Part shown: in pieces, positions 49,069 to 62,849 of the stretch
Layout of the letters: every line of letters begins with the position of its first letter
How positions within the stretch are numbered: position 1 is the stretch's first letter
NCBI GenBank assembly: GCA_008632985.1
Contig: QPGO01000031.1
Coordinates: 1-64,000, forward strand
Source: Psammoneis japonica
Taxonomy: Eukaryota
Reading direction: 5' to 3'
Length of the DNA stretch: 64,000 nt
The notes under the pieces: model-generated
Told to the model about the DNA's origin: nothing
What the model saw: the letters and a program-made list of their open reading frames with translations, nothing else
Database searches by the model: none
Position numbers and translations under genes: made by a program

Positions 49069-50230
49069 ATTTGTTGTTGAGACAGTAGTACTGAAATATT
49101 GTTGAGCAGAAGGTTTGAAAGCAAGGCTATTATGGTTGCCTTGGACACTAGAAAGACAGTCTGCAATGGGGTGTGGTTAGTAAACACGTTGTATATTCAC
49201 GCAGAGATTTCGCATGGTATTTTATTAGTTCTTTACGTTTGATATCTCTAGCTTTACCAAGAAACTAGAAGTAGCGCAGGATACTACTGTATCCATTGTT
49301 TTATATTTTTCTAATAGGTGAGACAGTGCCGGTAGCACCTTCGACCTTGATATGCAGATAGACAATGCATGGTCCTTGCTTACCTTTTCTTGTAGTCTAC
49401 TCCAAATCTTGCCTGTTCCGGGATTTTCTTTCTTTCATCATTCAGCTTCAAACCTTTGTTTTCCCTGTCAGCAAAGCAATAGTACTGTAAGTGGAACTCT
49501 GGCAGAGCTAACACAACAGAGTTTACAGTTTACTACAGTACGACTATGATGTTATTACTTCTAGTCTGTCATTGGAAACGTCGCACTCTCACACGACCAC
49601 CGACATCATCGCGCGCTGTCCGTGATTCAAGGCGGGAATCATTATTAATTCTTATTCAGACTTTAACAGTAATATTTGCTCCTTTCATGTGTGAAGCATA
49701 AACAATAAGTGACTGGGGTTTCCATCTTATTTAAATGAGTGTAATAAGTATATTTTGCAAATGTACTCTTTTAGCTATAGTTAATAATTACTTTATAAGA
49801 CATCGAATAATTATATAAATAAACGTCTCCCCACAAAATGGATCAACGATCCAAACTCCAAAGTTTCCGTCCGTGTTTCTTTCGATGCCCACACCTGAGC
49901 GAAAACAGGGAGAAAGGACGAAGAGTATAGCAAGTGGCTATCACCATTGTAAAGTAACACAAGGAGAACGATTTCTGCACAATCTCCAGAACTCTTCCTC
50001 GACAACACTGCTAATTCGCAATACAACAATCGGGGCTCATTGCGACAGACGAGACAACAATTTCAAAGTCGTATCAAATCCTCCCCTTTGTTTTTTTTCC
50101 ATCAATCGTGGTCCATCAATCGTGGACCACCAATCGGAACGATATCCATCAATCGTGGACCATCAATTGGAACCATATCTGCACCGAAACTTTGTTTCTT
50201 CTGGGTTGCGGTAGTCAGAAGTCAGAAGTA

Positions 50231-53200
50231 ATGAAGGAAAAACGAAAGAATATGCGGATGGGCCGTGTTTGCTGTTCCTTTGCAAGAATGGATCCCAAGA
50301 GAGTGGCAAGCGTAATTGTGCTGATTCTTTTGATAACGTCAAGTTCTTATGCAATTCTACAGAGATACGAGAAAGAGGAAGGGATAGCAAGGAACGAAAA
50401 GAATGTTTTTGGAGAACAAAAGGGGCAAAGGGGGGAACGAAACCCTGCATTTCAGTTGCCGAGGGATTTACAGGATTCACCGAGACCGAGACAAGCACTC
50501 ACATTTACTCCAGCAACAGTAAGGACAACGAGTCCTTCTTCACCATCAGTTTCGCAGTCACAACCATCTACGTCACCACAACCGACAATGACGCTGAAAC
50601 CAACGAGTTTGCCGACCGAAATGCCATCTGAGAGTCCATCATTGAGTCCATCATTGCAGCCATCAACGAAGCCTTCAAAATTGACAGACACACCCTCAAT
50701 GAGACCATCACTGACGCCGTCGATGCATCCAACTATGTCTTTGTCACCCTCTGTGAGCCCATCCAAGAATCCGTCATTGCAGCCATCTTTAGAACCGTCC
50801 GACGTACCATCGATCAGTCCATCACTGAGTCCATCAACTTACCCGAGTATGTCTCAGCAGCCCTCTGCGAGTCCATCCTCCAGTCCATCAATAGAGCCAT
50901 CAACACAACCTTCCAATTCCGGTGTGCCATCTGCTTTGCCCACGGCCTCTACGAAGCCTTCTGACGCGCCGTCATTCTCGCCGTCCGAGAGTCCCTCGGC
51001 CGTGCCTTCATTTTCTACGGAGCCGTCCTTTCATCCCTCGCTTGGGCCAACATCAATACCTTCAGTTGCACCGACAGAGTCTCAGATACCAACCGAGAGC
51101 CCGTATCCGAGTTCAACTCCTTCAGCTACGCCGTCGGCTTCACCGTCGTCTCCTCCCACGATTTCGCCATCGGCAACCCCGAGTTCGTCTCCCTCGAGAA
51201 CACCCTCAGCGACACCTTCCTTGACCCCGACAAGAGCGCCTACTTCAACTCCTTCGTACCAGCCAACCTCGACACCCACTCGCTCACCTTCTGCAGAACC
51301 GACATCAACGCCGTCGTCATTTCCCTCTTCCTCGCCAACATTAGAGTGCCATGACAATAGATTCTACACGAGTCCCATTAACGGTCTAAGCTGTGAGAAG
51401 TTTCGTGATACAGCATGCACAGACTGGAGATTTGTTGGCTTGGAACTTGAACAGGTTGCTGAGCTAGTGGAAAGCTGTCCAGTATCTTGCGATATTGATT
51501 GTGGGTACGTTTCAAATGTTATGTGATTTGGCAAGCTTCACCTCTTCTGCTTCTAATATGTTCTTTGCCACATGCAACACACGAACAGAACTTTCTCCCT
51601 GATTGATTCTCCTTTCTCTTTCATTCTATCATACGTAACTGATCAGTTTGATGATAGTAAAGTAGAGCAAGAGCTGGAGGACACGACAAGGACATACTTC
51701 CAAAGCTATGTTGCCAATCGTGCTCGGGACGGAACCTTTGAGCTCGACGTTGTGTCGCTTACATCTATCGATATCCTTAGTAATCGACGTCGCACGTCTC
51801 AAGAGCGAAACAGGATTGGACGCTCACTCAACTTTATTGCACAGTTACGAATTCATCTTTTGATGAAAGGGTTTGCTATTGGTATTAACACGACGTACGT
51901 CTTCGAATTGTTTGGCGAAGCAACGGATTCTCTTGGGTTTACGAACGAGTTGCGTCGATCGCATCCATACTTTTCAAAGGCGAATGTATCAACGGTCCCG
52001 TCCGATATACCTACAGGAGCCTTGAACTCTGGCAAAGAAGATGCTGGTGGTGGTCAGTCTACTGCGACAATAACCGTGTCGGTTTTGATTGGTGTAGCAT
52101 GTTGTGTTTTGGGAGTCGTCTGGCTAATCTACAACCGCAGAGGAACGTCCCGTCGTTGGTATGGCCTTTTCGGTACCAGATCCAACAAAGAGCCACCTTC
52201 AATAATTTCACCAGTCGGAAGTCCAAAAGAAACTAGTGTGTTTTCATTTGATGAAGTGGCGCCCCCCTCTGGCCAAACGACACCCAACGCATCAAACGGG
52301 CTTCTTCGCATTCTGAGTCACCTCAGTCTTAGTCGTAGCCATGAATCAACAAGTTCATGCAGCAGCGGGGATCAATTTTCTCCGAGCGTGGGTAGTGTAG
52401 ACAGTGCTGATGAGAAACAAGAGGAAAAGGAGGAAGACAAACCCGCCGAAGAGTTTCCTCTTGCAGGTATTATTCCTCCGATGCTTGTTATTGATATTAA
52501 TGATGACCTTGATGGGCACTCCGTTCATTCTGGAAGTATCAGTACAGGAAGTGGGGTACCAATGAAGCATATCGAGGCTTCAGCCGCACTCATGGAAGCT
52601 CTGAGTACCCCTAGTCATCCTCAAACGAGAATAGGAGATATCGTGCTGTAAGTTCCACTTCAAATGATTGAATCCATATATGATCTGTACGACGTCCTCA
52701 ACCAAATCTTATGCTTCTTTTTCGATATTAGAGCTAAATCGCCCTCCGATGATGAACCGTCTGAATACAGTCAATCATCAGCCTTTGTCTCGCCAATGAA
52801 AAAATCCCCTGTTGAATCAGAGTGCTTTTTCAGTGCCAATAGTGAAAATTGTGGCAATGACGAAGCATCGTCAATTGCATCTACACCTACAAAAAGCTTG
52901 GAGATGGAAAACGAAAGCGAGATTAGAAGAAGTCGAAGCTCTAGTGCGTTGGACACAATAGAACCGTCAGAAGCGCTCGATGTTCTGATTCGATCTGAAT
53001 GGGGCGAGATTGGGGTGAGTCCCATGGCCAATTCTCGTGCTTGCTCTCTTCCGGCATCACCAGAAAAATCTAGAAAAGGGACCTCTCTTGACTTGACCAC
53101 TCCAATCACAAACGGAATATCCTTGACCCCGACACGTCATGGCTGGGCCGAGGCAAAGACCATTAGAAGGGGTACACATCGAACAGTTAAGAGTGGCGAC

Positions 53201-53974
53201 GGCGTCGAGGGAATGACATTTTCAACAAAGTTTCCACCCGTCTTTTCCAATCTCAGCCCAATTCGTAAAACGTCACCCCGTAAGGTTGCTCTTCCTCCAT
53301 TGGAACTGCCTTCGCAGTCTTCACCTCAACCGCTGTCGAGAAACGGATCGATATCGTCGTCCACAGCAGATGAGGGAGGATCGACCGGAACAATAAGTCG
53401 TTCAGGATCCATATCTAAAACGGAAGGTAAACCATCAGCAAGAGAGGAACGCTTTTCGTTTGAAGTACCGTGCAGTGGAAAGCTTGGGTTGATAATCGAA
53501 TCTTCGAGCAACAGAGGCCCTACAATTCACACTGTCAAAGACTACTCACCACTCAATGGATTGATGGGAGCTGGAGATCGAATCCTACGTGTGGATGGCA
53601 AGGATACAACCAAAATGAGTACTGGTCAAGTGACGCGACTTCTTGCTAGGCGAAAAAGTGGAAACTCATTGCTGAAGATCACAGTTGCCAGACCCGCCGA
53701 GATTCCTCCACTACCCATTTTAGTTGACAGTGTTGAAACGTCACCTGTGAATCTCATCAAAATTGCCCAAACAGCGAAACTGAACAAGGAGCAAAAAAAA
53801 GCTTCAACAAATCCACCGCACCAGGAAGACGCTGAGAAGGTTGAAATGAAATTTCGACCAACCGTGCTGCCACCTGAAGAGGTACTCACAGAGGAAGAGC
53901 AGGAGTCTGGAGAAGGAAACGCCTTTCACTTACTTGGTGCAGACAGTATCGATGATTTCGACTATTTTCTCTAG
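50231..53974 (+). CDS. Membrane protein with a PS/PT-rich stalk, small Cys domain, TM helix and C-terminal PDZ domain (three exons)
   Basis: N-terminal hydrophobic anchor; (PSxx)n repeats; C..D..C..C..CPVSC; TM segment ITVSVLIGVACCVLGVVWLIY; GKLGLII..GDRILRVDG (PDZ); introns at about 51505-51588 and 52648-52731. Confidence 0.75.
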
Positions 53975-54434
53975 TGGCTCTCAAGAATAATTGGATGATT
54001 TTGATAGAAACTCATAAAGACCTGATTGCTGGCAGTCTTGATCGAACGCAACGAGAGAAAAAAGGTACAGAACAGTGGTAGATACTTTTCTGATCGGGGA
54101 AGCCACGTTGAACGTACTCTCTCTGTCTCCAACGATCTCGAACCGATCAAAAGATAATATCAACTCTCTAGAGTGTAACGTGTAACGAAGGTAAAGGCGG
54201 CTTAAGGACAGTAGACTTTTCGGATCTTTGTCCCAACCAATCCTTGGTCCCAACCCTTCTACTGTACTGGTTAGTGAAACTACAGTACAAACTACCGGTA
54301 CCGTAGAGAGGGGCGGGGGGGGGTGAGTCCTCTGTAACCCGGAAACATATCTTTCTTTTTAGAAAAAATCGGCAACCGGCGCAAACGAAACACACAACAC
54401 ACAACGCAACAAAAGCCGTGTTCCATTGTTAATT

Positions 54435-56027
54435 ATGTTTAATAACCCGATTGGTGATGCGAGAAGGCGATTGAAGGGGTCTTATGCTTACCAAGCCATT
54501 GCGTGCTGTTGTGCGATCAGATCGGCTCGTTCACTTTCGTCAGTCCGACCATTTCTTGCGTCTCGGCAACCAAGTCTTTTTAGCGAAACATCGAGACGTG
54601 GAAACCGTCCATACGTTTTATCGCTTTCTCCAGATGACGATGATGAGATCCTTCCTGTAGTAGAGCAGAAAAATCGGTTTGTGCCACTCGTGGCGGAGGA
54701 AGCAACATCTGACGATGCTGAAGTAGTTGATGCAAAGCACGCAATTCGATTTGTTTCTCCTCTGCTTGAGGAAGGCTACCCTCCTGCAGTACTAGAATTC
54801 GAATCTTCCTCTTTGTCTGAGAAACCGATACTCCTTTATCTCCCTGGCTTTGATGGAACAATTGTGGCACCGTTTCTCCAGTGGCCTGAATTGGGAACAA
54901 TCTTTGATATTCGAGGACTTACAGTAGGAATGTCAGACAGATCCACGTTCGACGAGATCAAAGAAGAAGTTATCTCATACATATTGAAAGAGATCGCAGT
55001 TCCAGACATTTCTAGTGAAGAGAACAAGAGCAATAGAACCACTGAAACCAGGGCATTAGAAGAGGTTGAGACCGAGTCTTCACGGGGCTCCTCGAGCCGA
55101 CGTAAAGGCTCGTTCTTTTCCAACATGCTAAGTTCTAGCCAAAAAGTCGATGTCGCGAAGAAACTAGATCTCAGTTCACGACCGATATATCTAATGGGAG
55201 AATCGTTCGGTGGCATCCTGGCATCCGATGTGGCACTGACGCTCCTCAAAGAATACCGTGTCTCAAATCTGAAAGGCTTGGTCCTTGTCAACCCCGCAAC
55301 CTGCTTCGATAGATCAAAGCTAGCATCCGAAGGCCCAGGGGTTGCAAGTCTCCCAAGGTGGTTCTATCCTATTGGGCTCATGCGGCTTGTTCCGCTTTTC
55401 ACTGACGAGTACTCATTCCCACAGCTACTCCTGCTTCTACGATCCAAAGCATTACCGAGTGTTATTGACACCCCAGCGAGAGAAGCTTATATGGGTCGTG
55501 TAGCATTCTCCTTGCCATACAAGCTTCAATATATGCCTCAAGACACCCTGAAATGGCGTCTTGAGAAATGGCTGGCAGAAGGATGTGCTCGCATGGTGAC
55601 GAGAATGGGAGAATTTCAAGACCTTGGGAGCTTCCGGACGTTAATCGTCGCGGGCGAAAAGGACATGACCTTGCCATCCATTGCCGAGGCGGAGCGTCTG
55701 TCTAACATCCTTCCCAACACTCAGATTCATGTCGTCGAGGGAGCAGGTCATGCATCCACATGCGGAAGCCGTGTAGACTTGGCGGCGCTCATGCGGAACT
55801 GCTTCAGCGAGTTGCGTCAGGGAGGCGGCGGCATCTTTCGACGAGGTGAGAAAGCCAGAACTTCCATGAAACCTGAGGCAGCCCAAGGAGAAGGTGTGTA
55901 TTTTGGCCTAGAGAAACGATACAACGGCGAAGAAGTCGGACTGTCACCTCTCCGTTATTGGTCGAAAGATCTTTATCGAAAATGGGACAAAAGCAAGAAA
56001 GGCTCTCAATCGAATGAAGATACGTAG
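54435..56027 (+). CDS. Alpha/beta hydrolase similar to the N-terminal domain of phytyl-ester-synthase/ELT acyltransferases
   Basis: LLYLPGFDGT, GESFGG, LVNPAT, GEKD..LPS..EAERL and GAGH motifs. Confidence 0.8.
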   Translation: MFNNPIGDARRRLKGSYAYQAIACCCAIRSARSLSSVRPFLASRQPSLFSETSRRGNRPYVLSLSPDDDDEILPVVEQKNRFVPLVAEEATSDDAEVVDAKHAIRFVSPLLEEGYPPAVLEFESSSLSEKPILLYLPGFDGTIVAPFLQWPELGTIFDIRGLTVGMSDRSTFDEIKEEVISYILKEIAVPDISSEENKSNRTTETRALEEVETESSRGSSSRRKGSFFSNMLSSSQKVDVAKKLDLSSRPIYLMGESFGGILASDVALTLLKEYRVSNLKGLVLVNPATCFDRSKLASEGPGVASLPRWFYPIGLMRLVPLFTDEYSFPQLLLLLRSKALPSVIDTPAREAYMGRVAFSLPYKLQYMPQDTLKWRLEKWLAEGCARMVTRMGEFQDLGSFRTLIVAGEKDMTLPSIAEAERLSNILPNTQIHVVEGAGHASTCGSRVDLAALMRNCFSELRQGGGGIFRRGEKARTSMKPEAAQGEGVYFGLEKRYNGEEVGLSPLRYWSKDLYRKWDKSKKGSQSNEDT

Positions 56028-56180
56028 AGAAGAAGGAAGAACAATGCTACCAGTATTACTGTACTACTGTGCTAAGATGACATCAGCAAGCTTTTAGACT
56101 AAAGAGCAACTTATCCCCTTCTTGCGTTATAAAAATATATGCCATAAGCGCCTTCCGCATTCAAAACCACGATTCGACAT

Positions 56181-59100
56181 TCAGTCATCCTCTTCTATAA
56201 GCAAGTGGTAGTGCAAGCATGCAAAGATCAGTTGACGCATAATTAGCTCAACGTCTCCTTTGAGTCGAACCGCCTGTATTACAACCACTTCGTGGGAAAC
56301 CATGAGCTCTGCAAGAACCAGATCTACAACGATTCTCAACTGCGGTCGATAGCCAGGTTGCTTTGCGGCAGCCGACAAGGCTGGGTCGAGTCCGCGGAGT
56401 AAAAGGACTCTCCTATCTCTTCCCCGCTTGATCTGTTGGTGGTCACATAGTCTATTTACTGTCAGAGCAACCTTTTTGGCGGCATCAACAAAGCTCCCTT
56501 TGCTGAGTCGGAGCGTTTGTGAAATAACTTCCACAATCGCGGATGCTTCTAAGATATGAACGAAAAGCCTCGATGAGGAAAGGTTTCCTGAAGTCGTTCG
56601 CAGTGCAACTGTGGGCAAAGAAAGACCCAGAGGATTGCTCTCTAGCAGCCGAAATTTGAACTTGGCGGTTCCCGACTCGGCGACATCAACGTAGTCAGGA
56701 AAGCAACTTTGAAGCTGATCTTTGTGAAGCTCCACAGTTACGACACGAGAAAGAAGAGGATGCGGGCATGCCTGTGCACCATTGAGAACTGATTCGAGCG
56801 CGGCTTCGGCGGAGTCATGTGTATGCAGAGCATTCAGCAGCATCCCATGGTCTTCAACCAAATCTTTGAACTGATTCATTGCATGACTCCGTGAGAAGCT
56901 GTTGCCGTTGTCAGTAGAAAAATATGCATGGTAGATTGCATTGCTCCACGACGCTGCAGATCCAGACATGTCGTCTAACTCGATGTCAAACAAAAGTGGT
57001 TGCAGAAGTGCAGACCGACATTTGTCGCTCTCGCATTCTGCATATAGAAGGTCTAACTGTTCGGTACTCCCCATCTCGCGTGATACCCGTTTTGCGAGCT
57101 CCCAAGGGACACCAGCCACTTTCAATCGGTTGAGTAAAGTAGCCTGTGCCTTGTCTGCCTGTGGAACAGATTCGGGGATGTTCTCACAAATACTTGGAGA
57201 AATAGCCGACATGAGACCAAGTGCTGCAATAATCCGAAGCGATCCTTGCTCATCCCTCGCCTGTGCAAATTTGATACGATTGGATGATAGCAATGCTCGA
57301 CCCATCATTCTATATACTGCATGATCATCCTCAATGACAGTATTCCATGGGTCCCATCGTTCCAAGTCCTGAGATCCGAATGCTTCAAAGTCACTTGCCG
57401 CTCGTATCTTGTACTCAATCAGCAAAATGCTGTGAGGGCAGCAATCTCGCATTCGCCCCAACTGTTTCCAGTGGTCGCCCTTTACCGAGCGCTGAACAAG
57501 ATCGCCGATACGTTTCCTTTCCACCACAACGCCAAGCCTTTCTTCACCACTTTCAGTGTTGAAGACATAGGCAAAATCCCCATATGACAGCGATCTCTCT
57601 TCTGTTTGCGCGACAGGCAGAATTCCCTCTGGCCAGATTGCTTTCAATGCACCGCTACTGAGGCTTTCCTGGAGTTGGATCCGCAAATGACGCGGTGTCG
57701 CGTTCCTATTTCGTTCACGAGAGTCAACAAGAATTGTCATTTGCGGACGCCTTTCTGGCATGGTGCACAGTTCCGACAGGCACTGCTGCGCCGTCAGTTT
57801 AACCTTTGGCGGCTTCTTCTCGTTCTCAAAAGGCCGATAATTGAGAAGCTCTTCCAGTTCCTCATCCGTTTCGGAAGAATCGTTGTCAAGGTCGACACGT
57901 TTCGTAGCTTGACGTGATTTTGCTTTCGCCTTGTAGCTCACTCGACTTGGCTGTTCATCATCGTCCAAGCATATCACTTCGGGTTTTACTACTTTCGGTT
58001 TATGAGTAGATTTACATTCTTCTTCATCTTCGCTATCAGAAGAGAGCAAATCAATGACAGAATCCTGTGTCGTTGCAGTATTCGTGCTGCTGAACAGTTT
58101 GCGCTTCGCGGATGGCTTCGTTTCGGTCGCGTGCGCTTCGCCTCGAGATTGCTTGAGACGCTCAACTGACGTAATCGCAAAGGGAGCCGGACGCTTGGAC
58201 GGAGAGCTCGACCTTGGATTGATTCCATTGTCACTGCTTTGGGCAGTGATGGTGACATAAAGCGTCTTGTTCGGACCATCACCGTGAGATTCGTGAAGCA
58301 GCTTAAGGCCCGGTCTCTCTGTTTCCAGCCGTTCACACAAGCCGTGCAAGTACTTGCGTCGCTCTTTTCCAACGACAAATGTCTTTTGTGACATGGTTTG
58401 TGCAGAACCAAGCCAATGTCGAAGTGCTTGCTCGTCTTTAATCATGAGCTGACTTCGCTTTCTTGACTTCTGTGGCATACCATCCGCATGCTCTTGAGAC
58501 ACGTGCTTGACCGTGATTGGGGTAGACCTTGCAACAGACTCTGTCTGATAGGCGGGCATGTGACTGAGATTGCTTTGCGTACTTGGGAGGTCATCATATC
58601 CACCAGTCCCTGAAAAACCACCAAACGCAGCACCATCAACTCCAGCAGCACCGGTAGCGTCGGGAAACTTCTTGATGAGTGCCTGAATGAACAGTTCGCC
58701 GTCCTGCGTCAATGTGTAGGAATGTTCGCCGTCACTTCTAAACCCAGTGCCCATTCTTCGTGCTGTGCTGTTTTGAGTGACTAATCCATGGCTTTTAAGA
58801 GTCTTCATGCTTGAAAAGGCTCCGTAAGGGCGACCAGCGTGATAGTTTGGTTCCATTTCTTCATCACAATATGCTGCGCCTTGCTCGCAAATAACATGCC
58901 TGGACAAAGTCTTGGAATACGAATGGTGAAACGCCATCAATATCGCAAAAGCACCACCTCGAGCCTTGATCTTTTTCAAATAAGGATCTTGTTCTGAACA
59001 AAAGTGGAGTAAAACATAAAACAAGAAAAAAATGAGCGTGGATCAACAGTACGATTGTTCATTTCAATACAAAAACGCACCAAATGGATTGCCCTGCATC

Positions 59101-59389
59101 TGAGCAGCATCCAAGGCATTCGTAGGAACATATCCCGGTGGAAGGATCGGTTCTCGCTCATGAATAATGTCTTCGCAAAGCTTTTGAACCGATTTTTTGA
59201 GACCCGTTGGCAGATTTACAATTCTCCCCTCGAGAACATATAAATGTCCTTTCGAACAGCTTGTATCGCGGTATGTCCATCTCTCCATTGGTACTGCTGC
59301 TGTCTACCCTGTCTCTGGCACTGCTCCTGGCGGGCGTGTAACGCCTTGAGCAAATCCTCGTTCCACACACGAACGTTTCGTGGCGCCAT
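56181..59389 (-). CDS. MUS81: MUS81-like structure-specific endonuclease (winged-helix plus ERCC4 domain) with a C-terminal extension
   Basis: GGAFAIL..AFSSMKTL..GLV..YTLT.DG (WH); VDSRE, GDF, VERKRIGDL and Q..RM (ERCC4). 5' exon from ATG 59389 with an apparent frameshift near 59228 and an intron near 58995-59070. Confidence 0.75.
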
Positions 59390-59663
59390 GGTTCTGCTCT
59401 TTTGTGAGTTCGAAATGATCGTGGAGACAGCATAAACGACAGACCGAAAGTGTGATATGATTGGAAAAACATGATCTAATAAAAGTTATATGATCAATAA
59501 CGGATATACCGGTAAGAATAAATTCAATAAAATATATTCATATTTGTATAATGTTCATTGGAACGCAATCGGTCTTTCGTCGCGAAAAGAAGCATAAGTC
59601 GGCAGGCAAAGACCGCAAACAGCAAAGAAAAGCAACGCAGTCATTTGCGGTGGTAGTCTCTTG

Positions 59664-60712
59664 ATGCTGCAACGCTGTAGCAAAAGCCTTGTTCGATTCT
59701 CTAGTCTAAGTGTCTGTCGTGTTGTTGCAGCTGCAACTTTGTTTTGTCATTCTCGAGGCTTTGCTTTTTCTACCACCATGCCATACACGGCTCGCGATGG
59801 ATCGGGAACCATTACGGTGGGACCCAGCAACGAAGAAGATCAGAGTGCGTTTGTAATCATAAGTCACGGACTTGGTGATACATCTGAAGGATTTGTGGAT
59901 GTAGCTGAGGTACGAGGAACTTTGTGATTGCGTCGCTGTGCACATTTTACTTTCTTTATGCTCACTCATTCCCTCGTTTTTTTTTGCAGCACCTGGCCCA
60001 GCAAATGCCTCATGTCAAGTTCTTACTACCCACAGCTCCAACACAACCCGTTACTATGAATATGGGCATGTCCATGCCTTCCTGGTATGATATTAAAGGC
60101 TTAGATGAACGATCCAACGAAGATTGCAAGGGCATTGAAGAAAGTCAGAAGCGCATCGTTGGCTTGTTGGAAGCAGAGCATCAGAATACAGGCTTGCCGT
60201 ACAGTCGCATGGTGTTGGCCGGATTTTCACAGGGCGGAGCACTCAGTCTTTTTACAGGATTACAGCTAGCTGAGAATCAAAAGCTGGCTGGACTATGTGT
60301 CATGAGTGCGTACTTGCCGAGTGCCAAAAAGTTCAAGCTCACACCCGGACTCGAGGACGTACCAATTTTACACTGTCACGGTACTGCCGATCCCTTGGTA
60401 CGATTCGACATGGCGGCAAAGTCGCGGGAGCTCGTCATGGCAAGGGGTGTCACCAATTACAAAGTCAAGTCGTACCCGGGACTTCAGCACTCGGTCAATA
60501 TGGATGAATTGGCAGATGTGGCGGCCTTTTTGAAATCGGTAATCCCACCGGATGCTTCCTGTAAAATCAAACTCAAGGATCCTGCAGACATGAGTGTCAA
60601 GGAACTCAAGGCTGCCATTCGCAAAAGCGGGCTGTCAAACCAAGCAAGAGGCATGATGGAGAAGTCTGAGTTCGTGAAACTCCTTAGCGATCATCGAGAG
60701 GGCAAGTTGTAA
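59664..60712 (+). CDS. Acyl-protein thioesterase / lysophospholipase-like carboxylesterase (intron 59910-59989)
   Basis: HGLGD, PTAP..PVT.N.G..MPSWYD, GFSQGG, HGTADP and GLQHS motifs. Confidence 0.9.
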
Positions 60713-61087
60713 AGGGACGATGAATGCTGCTGTAATGCGTTCGAGAATAAGCTAGTGTTTAAAAGCTTAAAAGTCATTCTTTAGAAAGCGGCAACTCGAG
60801 ATTCTTCATTGTGTCAAACTGCAAGCCTTCTTTTACGAGGGGCGAGAGGTAATCGAGCGAGTAGTAGATCGATCGTTCTGCGTACAAGTGTTGGAGTATT
60901 GAAGTGTAAGGTAATTTCTTACACAAGTCCAACAGTGTGCACCGCAAGTTCGACAGGGTGAAAAAATTGTGCTACTACTTCCATATTTACAGTGAAGGAA
61001 AGAGAGACAGAGAATCCATCTGCTCGCGGCTGGTCTACTACTTTGGCAGCCTGGACTCTGACTACAACCAACAGAACAAAACTTCTT

Positions 61088-62281
61088 CTAAGAAACGTAC
61101 TTGATAAAACCGACATAATCACGAATGGACTGGTCCGTCACCTGTGGTGAATGCGTCGTGTAGAGCTGCTGCTCGTGAACACCACCCGAAACAATGACAA
61201 AGGTCGAGTCCACCTGCGCCTTGTTCAGTTTGTAATGCATCGCGATTCCCATGTCTCGAATCATATCAAGCTGCATCACCACATTTCTCGAAGGTGGCAT
61301 GCCAGCAAGATCCTCCTCTGTAGCAACAAGTGGCCAGAGTAAAGGGCTCTTGTCGTGCTCCTCCTTCTCCTCTGGCTTGCACGTACTAATGGCTGACAAA
61401 ACACCCAAGCATGAAACATACGACGCAAGGTTAGGAAGCGTAGCGAGGGAAAGTAAGTGATAGGCATTCATGACACAGTCACCATAAAAGACTCACCAAT
61501 TGTGTCGAGAAATCCTTTTGAAAGAAAGTACCCATCAAATTCTTGCGTGCAGGGGTAGTCTGCCGAGATGGAAACGCCCGCAAAGTACGGGCAGATGTAA
61601 TAGAGACCGCTAACAAGGTCATCAAGCACACCGTCTCTCTTGGCTTGGAGTGCTACTCCAAACGACAAGTTGGCGCCAGCGGAATCACCCGCCACTACAA
61701 CCTTGCCCGCAGCAACACCATACTCGGAGGCACCTCCCTCGACAACCCACTTTGTCACCTTGTAGCAATCATCTAGAGGAGCCGGCCACGGATGATCAAT
61801 GGCCAACCGAAAATCGACGCCGACCACAATACACTCTCCAAGAGCCGCCAGTCTAGTCAAGTACGCGTCGTACATTGCGTCTTTGCAGGACCAAACGGAG
61901 AAGCCGCCGCCGTGGAGATAAACAGTTACGGGAAGATCCATTGAAGAAGAATCTTTTGGAGCAAAGATACGCACAGGCACTCCATCGCACTCGGCATCTG
62001 TTTTGACAACCTTGCTCGAGATTTCTTCTGGAACTTCACCGGCCCATGATCCCATGACGCCCGCAAATGCCGGTCCCGTGTCCCGTGGCATGCCACCACG
62101 CAACGAGTTCATCACGGGGCATTTCGGGTGTGGGAAACTCAATCGGTCCGCCGGCAGCCAGGGCGGCGAGACCGTCGGCAGTGCCCTTGTAGAGGCGTGG
62201 GTCATCCACAATGCCTTCAAAGCGCTTTTTAGAATCTGAAAAGCTCTTGATGAGGTCGTCGAACGTAACGTTGGATATCAT
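61088..62281 (-). CDS. HSL-family esterase/lipase (Abhydrolase_3); intron ~61395-61496, apparent frameshift near 62075
   Basis: YLHGGGF, DFRLA..HPWPAPLDDC, GDSAG, D.IRD and GGVH motifs. Confidence 0.85.
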
Positions 62282-62849
62282 GGCTGTTGCCTGCTACAGT
62301 ACCGGTTCTGTTGTGTTGGAGGCCTTGCTATTATCTTGTGTCTTGTGTGTGGGGTGGGGGAGGTGAAGTAAATTACCTGTATCTAGACTATCTTCAAATC
62401 TTCCTGTGAGAAAGAGTCGATCAATTCATACTCCTGCTCGTCGCGGCGCTCGCAGCTCAGAGTATAAACCGAGCTGTTATGGGGCCCAACCCCTAAGTAG
62501 AAGTAAGTAGAAGGAACTTGTGTCTTGTTTTAGTTTTTACTCTCGTGTCGTGCTATTTCGAACCCCGGCAAGCCTCCCTCCAAGGGAACACCTGTCCAGA
62601 TGGAGATCGCAGAGAATACCTTGAAAAACACTTTTGTGCGGCTGAGGAGAACACTACTGGGCTTGTCGGGGAAGAGGATCCTCGACGAACACTACGTAAG
62701 CAAGAAAGAGTGGTGTTAATGAAAATCAAAGCTAGTAGGTGAGGCTTGCGAATGATTGCATATTATTCATTATAACTAAATCATGTGCGTGTGGTTTAAC
62801 GACGAGAAGAACCTAAGATATGTATACTCAGCATGCTGTGGATCGTTTC

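Noticed and set aside
50500..51340. CRISPR-like or satellite array
   Set aside because: It is a coding Pro/Ser/Thr-rich stalk with degenerate codons and no repeat-spacer structure.
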